From contig JAPPGG010000023.1 in assembly GCA_028875055.1 (NCBI GenBank), positions 1,746 through 65,745 of the forward strand: a DNA stretch of 64,000 nt. Reading direction: 5' to 3'. Both the position numbers and the translations under genes were made by a program. The notes below the pieces were generated by a model. That model did not search any database, was not told the DNA's origin, and was given only the letters and a program-made list of their open reading frames with translations. This document shows positions 56,953 through 64,000 of this stretch, one piece after another (position 1 is the stretch's first letter; each line of letters opens with the position of its first letter). The DNA comes from Chloroflexota bacterium. Lineage in GTDB: Bacteria; Chloroflexota; Dehalococcoidia; Lucifugimonadales; UBA3495.

Positions 56953-57924
56953 CTACTGATTAATGTCCATTACCACCTTGATGATGTTGTCCTGGCGCTG
57001 TTCGTACATATCGTAGGCCTTCTGGACGTCAGAGAAGGGAAGGCGGTGGGTTATCAGGTCTGCGGGTTCACACCAGCCGCGCTCACGCAGGCTGACCAGG
57101 TCCTGAATCTGGCTTATGGGGTCCGCGCTGCGGGCGCCGGTGGTGGGGAAAATGGTAGGCTGCTTCTCCATCAGCAGGTTGTGCTCAATGGGAACAAAGT
57201 CGTCGCTTTGAATGCCGAACAGGATGACGGTTCCGAACTGGCGCACCTGCCGGAAGGCCTCGTTGAAAGTGTCCGGGTAGCCGGCGGCCTCGACAACAAT
57301 GTCCGGCCCATTTCCCCGGGTAATCTCCATTACGGCCTCGGTAAGGTTGTCCCGGTCCGGATTGATGGTGTGGGAGGCCCCCATCTGCGCCGACTTCTCC
57401 AGCCGGTAGTCCAGGGGGTCCACGGTCATTACGTTGCGGGCGCCCATGCGGGAAGTGAGCATGGTGAAGCTGAGCCCGATGCTGCCCTGGCCCAGGATGA
57501 GGACGTTCTTCTGCAGAAGGGTGTCCATCCGCTTGCAGGAATACAGCACAGTGCCGGGGGGCTGGCACATTACCCATTCGTCCAGGGGGCCCTCGTCGGG
57601 AAGCAGAATCATGCGGCCCGGGCGGGAAACCATGTATTCCACCAGGCCGCCGGCGCCGCGCTCGGGAATGACGATGACGCGTTGCCCTTCGTGGTACTCG
57701 TCGGTACGGCTCTCCACGATGACGCCGGCCAGTTCGTGGCAGGGGCGCCCAGCGGGCATGGGATAATGCTCTTCGGGCTCAATGGGGCCGTATCCGTGAC
57801 GAATGTCGCTGCCGCAAACGGAAACCCGTTCCAGTTTTATGAGGCACTGGCCATCGTCGGCCTGGGGCATATCCAGGTCCACGAAGTCAAACTGCTTGGG
57901 AGCCACAATTCGAGCTGCTCTCAT
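56953..57924 (-). CDS. Zinc-binding dehydrogenase (MDR; threonine/sorbitol dehydrogenase-like)
   Basis: VCGSD, CHELAG, GQGSIG, EAAG. Confidence 0.92.
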   Translation of the reverse strand: MRAARIVAPKQFDFVDLDMPQADDGQCLIKLERVSVCGSDIRHGYGPIEPEEHYPMPAGRPCHELAGVIVESRTDEYHEGQRVIVIPERGAGGLVEYMVSRPGRMILLPDEGPLDEWVMCQPPGTVLYSCKRMDTLLQKNVLILGQGSIGLSFTMLTSRMGARNVMTVDPLDYRLEKSAQMGASHTINPDRDNLTEAVMEITRGNGPDIVVEAAGYPDTFNEAFRQVRQFGTVILFGIQSDDFVPIEHNLLMEKQPTIFPTTGARSADPISQIQDLVSLRERGWCEPADLITHRLPFSDVQKAYDMYEQRQDNIIKVVMDINQ

Positions 57925-58298
57925 GCTACAACGCTCCAGGATAGTAAGTGGTCCGCGAGATTCCGGAAACAGGCCCATCGGCAATCCGACGGGCCCAACT
58001 GGACAATACGGCGCTAATGCGATGTATCTCGGGATGCCCACTATCTTATAGGCTTCCCCCGGCGCAAGGCAAGCCAAAATTAATGATACAAGATATAGCA
58101 TTAAGAGATTGTGGGACGAATTCGTAACATCCTGGCTGATTATGCTTTTAAGTAGTCCTGATGCTAATTTTGACTCGAAAAAAAGGTGATTATAATCCGC
58201 AATATATTGGATTTTTTCTGGTTGACACCCTTTCCGACTTGCCTGTAGGCTACCGTTGAACTGGCTTGCAAAAGGCCTTTTTCCGACCGGAGGAGTTC

Positions 58299-59099
58299 AT
58301 GTCCACCACTACCCTGGATTACATTCTGCTGGACCGGCAGCCGCCCATAGCCACCCTGACCATTAACCGGCCCAGGCAGCGAAACGCCATCAACTACCAT
58401 ATGTGGGGTGAGCTGGCCGGCAGGTTGCGGGAACTGGACCGGGACCGCGAGGTCCGCGCGGTGGTGATTACCGGCGCCGGCGACGTGGCCTTTTCGGCTG
58501 GCGCGGACATCTCCGATTTCGACGAGTATCGCGCCGATTCGGCTAAAGGCAGGGTGTATAACGAAGCGGTGGACGGGCTGCTGGACACGCTGGCAAACAT
58601 GGACACTCCAACCATTTCCATGATTCGGGGTTTCGCCGCCGGCGGCGGCTGCGAACTGGCTGTGGCCACGGACCTGCGCATTGCCGCCGAGGGCAGCCGG
58701 CTGGGCATTCCAGCAGCCCGCCTGGGCATCAGCATCGGCCACCGGGAAATGCGGGGTCTGGTCAGCCTGGTGGGCAAGGGAAACGCCCTGTACATCCTGA
58801 TGTCCGGCCGGCTGGTGGATGCCCAGGAAGCCCTGCGCATGGGCCTGGTCAACCAGGTAACCAGTGCTGACGACCTGGAAGAAGTGACCTACCAGCTGGC
58901 CCGCGATATTGCCGCTTTGGCGCCGCTGTCCCATGCGGCCAACAAGCGCACACTCAACCAGGTACAGGCCAAGCCGTCCCTGGAGAACCTGACACCGGAA
59001 GAGGCGGGCATTCCCCTGGCCCAGTTCGACACCAGGGACTACCAGGAGGGCTATCGCGCTTTCCTGGAGAAGCGAGCGCCGAATTTCACCGGGGAGTAG
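58299..59099 (+). CDS. Enoyl-CoA hydratase/isomerase family protein
   Basis: INRP..RNA, FSAGADI, GFAAGGG.ELA.A.DLRIA. Confidence 0.93.
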   Translation: MSTTTLDYILLDRQPPIATLTINRPRQRNAINYHMWGELAGRLRELDRDREVRAVVITGAGDVAFSAGADISDFDEYRADSAKGRVYNEAVDGLLDTLANMDTPTISMIRGFAAGGGCELAVATDLRIAAEGSRLGIPAARLGISIGHREMRGLVSLVGKGNALYILMSGRLVDAQEALRMGLVNQVTSADDLEEVTYQLARDIAALAPLSHAANKRTLNQVQAKPSLENLTPEEAGIPLAQFDTRDYQEGYRAFLEKRAPNFTGE

Positions 59100-59227
59100 G
59101 TGCAGGTTGGGAACAGGCGGGTTCCTCCTGTGCAAGGTTATTGGGTGCGGGCCGCGCTTGACTGGCCCCTGGCCCACAGGAAACTCTCGCCGGAAATTTG
59201 CGCTCGCCCCCGTACTGACGGAAAAGA

Positions 59228-59992
59228 ATGACTGCCAGGGTTCGTAAAAGACGGGCCGACGTTCTGTTGGCCGAAAAAGGGCTGGCCGAAAGCCGGGAAC
59301 AGGCCCAGGTACTGATTATGGAGGGGCTGGTATTTGCCCCCGCCGGTCGGGTGCTTAAAGCCAGTTCTGCTCTGGCAGAAGACGTACCTCTGGAAGTCCG
59401 TGGACGTCTTCCCTACGTCAGCCGGGGCGGCCTGAAGCTGGCGGGGGCCCTGGACGAATTTTCGCTGGATGTCGAAGGGAAGACCTGCCTGGACGTGGGG
59501 GCTTCCACCGGCGGATTCACGGACTGCCTGCTTCAGCGCGGAGCGACCCACGTATTTGCGGTGGATGTGGGACACGGCCAGCTCCATCACCGCCTGCGCC
59601 GGGACTCAAGGGTAACGGTGATGGAGAAGGTCAACGCCCGCCACCCCTACGATCTGCCCGCGCCAGCGGACCTGGTAGTGGTTGACGTGTCCTTCATATC
59701 GCTGGCGTTGGTTCTACCTCCTGCTGTTACCCATCTGAGAGGTGGCGGCCACATAGTTGCCCTGGTCAAGCCCCAGTTTGAAGCCTCCCGGGGCGAAGTG
59801 GGCCGGGGCGGCATTGTACGGGACCCCAAGGTCCATGCCTCAACCCTGGGCAAGATGGTGTTGTGGGCCACAAACCAGGGTTTGCGCATCAGGGGGCTGT
59901 GCCCCTCGCCCATCCTGGGGGACAAGGGCAACCGGGAGTTTTTCCTCTGGCTGCAGAAGCCGCCCGAGGCGCGGGAAGGAATCCGGGCCTAG
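59228..59992 (+). CDS. tlyA: TlyA family rRNA 2'-O-methyltransferase
   Basis: S4 domain (RADVLL..KGL..SR), YVSRGG.KL, LDVGASTGGFTD, DVSFISL, LVKPQFE, GN.EF. Confidence 0.95.
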   Translation: MTARVRKRRADVLLAEKGLAESREQAQVLIMEGLVFAPAGRVLKASSALAEDVPLEVRGRLPYVSRGGLKLAGALDEFSLDVEGKTCLDVGASTGGFTDCLLQRGATHVFAVDVGHGQLHHRLRRDSRVTVMEKVNARHPYDLPAPADLVVVDVSFISLALVLPPAVTHLRGGGHIVALVKPQFEASRGEVGRGGIVRDPKVHASTLGKMVLWATNQGLRIRGLCPSPILGDKGNREFFLWLQKPPEAREGIRA

Positions 59993-59994
59993 GT

Positions 59995-60606
59995 ATGTTC
60001 TGGGACCGAATGTCCGGCCTCTCCCTGCTGCTGGCCTTTGTGGCCATTCTGTGGGTGGTGGAGGTCGTAAACCTCATCCTGGGTCACCGGCTGAACGTGT
60101 ACGGGCTGGTTCCCAGAACCATCGAGGGGTTGCGAGGGATTCCCCTCAGCCCCTTCCTGCACGGAGGCTTTGGCCACCTGATTTCGAACACCTTCCCTCT
60201 CCTTATCCTCGGAGGACTGGTGGCGGTGCGGGGCCAGGCCAACTTCGTGGGTGTTACCCTGTTCATAGTCTTCGTCGGGGGACTGGCCCTGTGGGTTATT
60301 GGGCGCCCCTGGCCGTGGGACGACCAGAACCTGATTCACGTGGGGGCCAGCGGCCTGGTATTCGGGTACTTCGGCTACCTGGTGGCCCGGGGCTGGTACG
60401 AGCGCAGTTTTCTTGCCATCCTGGTGGCGGTTGCCGTGGCCGTGGTGTTTGGTTCCGGTATTCTATTGGGCCTGCTGCCAACGGCCCCCTATATTTCCTG
60501 GGAGGGACACCTGTGCGGGCTGGTGGCGGGGGTACTGATAGCCCGCTTTACCCGCGACCGCTTGCGCAGGCCACGTACAGGCCAGGCGTCCGGGAGCAAG
60601 GCTTAG
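59995..60606 (+). CDS. Rhomboid family intramembrane serine protease
   Basis: H..FGHLI.N, GASG, SWEGHL.G. Confidence 0.92.
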   Translation: MFWDRMSGLSLLLAFVAILWVVEVVNLILGHRLNVYGLVPRTIEGLRGIPLSPFLHGGFGHLISNTFPLLILGGLVAVRGQANFVGVTLFIVFVGGLALWVIGRPWPWDDQNLIHVGASGLVFGYFGYLVARGWYERSFLAILVAVAVAVVFGSGILLGLLPTAPYISWEGHLCGLVAGVLIARFTRDRLRRPRTGQASGSKA

Positions 60607-60702
60607 AGAAGTCCCAGGGTCATAATTCCGGGCCGGGTCGTCGCCAGGTACAGCGATCCGGAATCGGGAACCTGCCTTAAGAACCTTTTGGGAGCGCCTG
60701 CC

Positions 60703-61785
60703 ATGAAGATTACGGATGTCGAGTGCCTGATCCTGGACCGCAGCTTCCCCTTCGTACGCGTCTTTACCGACGAAGGCATCGTCGGCATTGGCGAGTGCTT
60801 CCGCCGGCAGCCCACCATCGTCAAAACCCTTATAGATGAACTGCTGAAGCCCGCCCTGGTGGGCCGGGACCCCGTTGACACAGCCCTGCGCTTCAACGAT
60901 ATGCAGCGGGCCGCCAATGGGCTGGAAATGGGCGGCGCCATCTGGTGCGCGATTGCGGGGATAGACATAGCCCTGTGGGACATCAAGGGCAAGGTGATGG
61001 GAGAACCCATTTCCAGGCTTCTCGGCGGGGCATCGCGGGACAAGATCCGTATGTACGCCAGCTCCATGCGTCGGGATATGACGCCGCTGGAAGAAGCCCG
61101 CCGCGCGGCATCCTTTGTCGAAGAGGGTTACACCGCCTACAAGCTGCACAGCGCAGTCCCCGGGGCCATGGACGACACCGCCGACCATACCATCGCCACC
61201 GTAACCGAAGTACGAAGGGCGGTGGGGGATAACGTTGACATACTGGTTGACGTCAACGGGGCCTATTCGGTGCACCGGGGCATTGAAGTGGGCAAGGCCC
61301 TGCAGGCCCTGGGCGTGTTCCATTTTGAGGAACCCAGACCGCACTATGACCTGGAGGGCCTGGCGGCCGTGGCCGACGCGCTGGATATTCCCATAGCGTC
61401 CGGGGAGATGATCTACACCCGTTACGAGTACCGTGACCTCATCCTCAAGGGAAGGGTGGACATCATCCAGCCAGACATCGTGAAGGCGCCGGGCTTCACC
61501 GAGTTCCAGAAAATTGCGGCCTTGTGCGAGACTTTCGGCAAGCCCATCACGGTCCACAACACCCAGCCAACAATCAGCACGGTGGCGCACCTGCATTTCT
61601 GCGCCGCCTACCCCATAGTGCCCTACGCCCAGGAATACAACATTGAGCCCGTTACCATTCGCGACGAGATTTCGGTGCTGAAAGAACCCCTGGAAGTTAA
61701 GGATGGCTACCTGGGAGTGCCCACCGGACCCGGCCTGGGCGTTGAACTGGACGAGGAAGCCCTGAAAACCCTTTCCAGCCGTTAG
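60703..61785 (+). CDS. Mandelate racemase/muconate lactonizing enzyme family
   Basis: GIDIALWDIKGK, YKL, LVDVNG, EEP, ASGE, IIQPD, HN, PTGPGLG. Confidence 0.93.
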   Translation: MKITDVECLILDRSFPFVRVFTDEGIVGIGECFRRQPTIVKTLIDELLKPALVGRDPVDTALRFNDMQRAANGLEMGGAIWCAIAGIDIALWDIKGKVMGEPISRLLGGASRDKIRMYASSMRRDMTPLEEARRAASFVEEGYTAYKLHSAVPGAMDDTADHTIATVTEVRRAVGDNVDILVDVNGAYSVHRGIEVGKALQALGVFHFEEPRPHYDLEGLAAVADALDIPIASGEMIYTRYEYRDLILKGRVDIIQPDIVKAPGFTEFQKIAALCETFGKPITVHNTQPTISTVAHLHFCAAYPIVPYAQEYNIEPVTIRDEISVLKEPLEVKDGYLGVPTGPGLGVELDEEALKTLSSR

Positions 61786-61939
61786 TCTGCTCCAGATTTG
61801 GCGCCGTCCAGTCGAGCCGACTCTCCGCCATCCCAAAGGAGGCCGGGAACAGTGGCTGGAACAGTGGTAAGATACTGGCGCCAGGAAGTAATAGAATTAC
61901 TGGGATCCCAGTAATAGTCATATCTGCAGGAGGAATTTC

Positions 61940-62422
61940 ATGGATGTCAGCGAAGTAGCGGAAATGTTGATGGCCCAGGGCAAGCGGGTATCGGTAGCTG
62001 AGGCGGATACAGCAGGCCTAATCGGCTATTTGCTGGGTACCATCCCCGGCAGCTCCCAGTTCTTCCCGGGCGGCGTTATTGCCTACACCGGCGGTCTAAA
62101 GCAGAGCATCCTTGGCGTTTCCGATGAACTCTATGACACCAAGGGCAGCGTCTGCGAGGAGATGGCCATTGCCATGGCGCGCGGCGTGCTGGAGCTTACC
62201 GGCACCGACTATGCCGTCTCCACCACGGGCGTGACCGGCCCGGGCCAGGGACGTTCGTCCTTCCCCATTGGCACCTTTTACATCGGCCTGGCCGACGCCA
62301 ACGGCAACGACGTGGCAATCCACCGCCAGTTCGACAGCGACCGGGACGGCAACAAGCGGGCCGCGGCCCAGGCCGCCCTGGACCTGCTGGGCGAGCGGCT
62401 GAAGGAAGGGCAGGGGGGTTAG
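61940..62422 (+). CDS. CinA C-terminal/PncC family protein with non-canonical active-site motif
   Basis: AEADTAG in place of AESCTGG; PGSS.FF.GG...Y...K; VSTTGVTGPG. Confidence 0.85.
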   Translation: MDVSEVAEMLMAQGKRVSVAEADTAGLIGYLLGTIPGSSQFFPGGVIAYTGGLKQSILGVSDELYDTKGSVCEEMAIAMARGVLELTGTDYAVSTTGVTGPGQGRSSFPIGTFYIGLADANGNDVAIHRQFDSDRDGNKRAAAQAALDLLGERLKEGQGG

Positions 62423-62504
62423 GGGAGGGCTTGAACCTGCGCAAAGTACGGGAGGGTTCCCTGGCTCAAGCTTGGAACGAGTACAGTCCAAAGAAAAAGC
62501 AGTA

Positions 62505-62550
62505 CCCCGGCGTCTTCACCTGCTCAAGGCAGGGATAGGACGGCCCGGGG
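62505..62550 (+). ncRNA. Candidate structured RNA upstream of the Abi gene (abiF-motif-like)
   Basis: Three nested stems: CCCCGG/CCGGGG, CGTCT/GGACG, CCTGCT/GGCAGG; A-rich 5' flank; ends 31 nt before the start codon. Confidence 0.5.
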
Positions 62551-62581
62551 CTTACAAACGGAATATATCATAGGTTGCCAA

Positions 62582-63313
62582 GTGCGTCAAACCGAACTTT
62601 TCAGTGATTTGCAGCGAGCGCTTTCCGGCAACAGGCTTGAACCCTACTTGAGCCAAAGTACCCAGCGTGACACCGATGTGGCCCTTGCCACCTATCTGTG
62701 GAACCTGGCCTTGTGTGAGAGCTTGTATCCCTCCTTACATGGAATCGAAGTGTCCCTACGTAACAGCATTCATGACACGGCTTCAAGAAAATTTGGCAAC
62801 GAGTTCTGGTTTACAAGCCATTTGGTTGGCCGTGAGAAAGAGAATATCGAGAAGATAGGCCAAGGTTTTTCCCGGAGAAATATAGAAGCAACCCCTGGAA
62901 AGTACGTATCCGAATGCAACTTTGGCTTTTGGGTGAGTCTCTTCAAAAGCGAGTATGAGCTTACATTATGGAGAATACTAACTGGCGACGTTTTTCCTTA
63001 CGCGCCTCGACAGGCTAGAACACGAAGCTTACTTCGTGCCCGCCTCGATGGCATTCGCCGACTTCGTAATCGGGTCTTCCATTTCGAACCGATTTGGCAA
63101 TTGCCAGACCTGAGCCAGCAACATATCGAAATCTTGGAAACTATCGGCTGGATTAACCCGACGTTTCGAGAAATGACAGAAACAGTGGACCGATTTCCCC
63201 AGGTATTTGACGACGGCCCAGCGGCCTACCAGGCAAGGCTAAATACGTTGGGTCAGCTTCCTCAATCCGAGAGCGAAACGGCGATGCCGTCAAGAGGAAA
63301 CGAAAATGAATGA
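62582..63313 (+). CDS. Abi family protein (Abi_2; AbiD/AbiF-like HEPN RNase)
   Basis: YLWN..L...LYP.L..IEV.LRN, FGFWVSLF, RRLRNRVFHFEPI (R-x4-H HEPN motif); lower GC than flanks. Confidence 0.88.
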   Translation: MRQTELFSDLQRALSGNRLEPYLSQSTQRDTDVALATYLWNLALCESLYPSLHGIEVSLRNSIHDTASRKFGNEFWFTSHLVGREKENIEKIGQGFSRRNIEATPGKYVSECNFGFWVSLFKSEYELTLWRILTGDVFPYAPRQARTRSLLRARLDGIRRLRNRVFHFEPIWQLPDLSQQHIEILETIGWINPTFREMTETVDRFPQVFDDGPAAYQARLNTLGQLPQSESETAMPSRGNENE

Positions 63314-63695
63314 CATGGCAGACTCACGTAACCGCATAATTCTGCTGGGACAGAACCTGTTCTTCCAGGCCAGGATTGAGACGGTGGCCGAACCCCTGGG
63401 CTACTCGGTGCGGCAGGCCCACACCGAGACCGACTTCTGGGACACGTACACCGAGGGTGACACTGAACTGGTGCTGGTGGACCTGGAGGGAGACGCGGCC
63501 ACCTGGAACGGCGTACTGGCAGCGCTGGGAGAGCGGGCTGGGGCAGATGCCAGCGCTGGCCCCCGCATCGTGGCCTTTGGCCCGCATGAGGATACGGCCT
63601 CCATGGAGCGGGCGGCGGCCCTGGGCGCGCAGCAAACCCTGAACAAGGGTCGCTTCAGCGCGACGCTGGGGGAGATCGTTGGGGGTGGCGGTTAG
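63306..63695 (+). CDS. Stand-alone CheY-like receiver-fold protein
   Basis: LVLVDL, IVAFGPH, A.ALGA pattern; atypical acidic pocket. Confidence 0.7.
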   Translation: MNDMADSRNRIILLGQNLFFQARIETVAEPLGYSVRQAHTETDFWDTYTEGDTELVLVDLEGDAATWNGVLAALGERAGADASAGPRIVAFGPHEDTASMERAAALGAQQTLNKGRFSATLGEIVGGGG

Positions 63696-63726
63696 CTACC
63701 GACCCTCCCACCCCGCGTAGGGCAAT

Positions 63727-64000
63727 CTACTCTCTGAAGTGAGGCATAACCCTGTCCGCGAACAGTTCCAGGTTGCGGAGGCCGCGGCGCAGGTCCATGC
63801 CGGGCCACATCATGCGGAAGCTGCCATGAGACATGCCCAGTTCCCGCAGCTTTTCAATTTCACCGATGCAGTCTTCGGGGTCGCCGATGATAAAGCGGTC
63901 TCGGGCCAGTTCCTCGAAGGCTGAACTGAACTCCTCATCCATGGCCTTGTCCTGGCCCCACTGGGCGTAGGCGGCGTACTTGCCGCCCAGGAAGGGGGCC
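63727..64000 (-). CDS. LLM-class flavin-dependent oxidoreductase (3' end, partial)
   Basis: RFIIGDPEDCI.EI...RELG ... LELFADRVMPHF; the frame is open to the window edge. Confidence 0.85.
   Translation of the reverse strand, partial: APFLGGKYAAYAQWGQDKAMDEEFSSAFEELARDRFIIGDPEDCIGEIEKLRELGMSHGSFRMMWPGMDLRRGLRNLELFADRVMPHFRE

Overview
High-GC (roughly 62-65% by eye in core genes) bacterial chromosomal segment. The gene repertoire is peptide/nickel ABC importer, SDR, enoyl-CoA hydratase, FAH, cyclase, LLM, mandelate racemase, Pro/Thr-stalked lipoproteins, RCC1 propellers, a cadherin remnant, PaREP1 and an ACP/PPTase/hydrolase trio. This suggests Chloroflexota/Dehalococcoidia (SAR202-like), possibly sponge-associated; that is an inference and was not tested. 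There are about 55 CDS, one tRNA-Ser(GCT), no rRNA and no CRISPR. Housekeeping genes include apt, recF, hemW, tlyA and an MscS. Standout observations: (1) an NCS2/UraA-fold transporter with altered substrate motifs, fused to an RsbW/SpoIIAB-like domain, directly upstream of an ACP-PPTase-alpha/beta-hydrolase cluster with no synthase, and with a paralog at the left edge; (2) an IS630 whose transposase centre is replaced by a 2.1-kb RCC1+PQQ lipoprotein gene broken by a single TGG>TAG, followed by an abutted second left end; (3) tandem PaREP1/HEPN-like genes with a 100%/49%/68% identity mosaic ahead of an Smr nuclease; (4) an Abi_2 (AbiF/AbiD) HEPN gene preceded by a structured RNA hairpin; (5) a one-protein GAF-PAS-HK-REC-OmpR regulator in a tRNA-Ser islet; (6) a Tat-less reductive-dehalogenase-like protein; (7) several MITE families in which REP/REPIN hairpins are enclosed by distinct terminal inverted repeats. 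All family assignments come from motif recognition by eye; no database searches were run.
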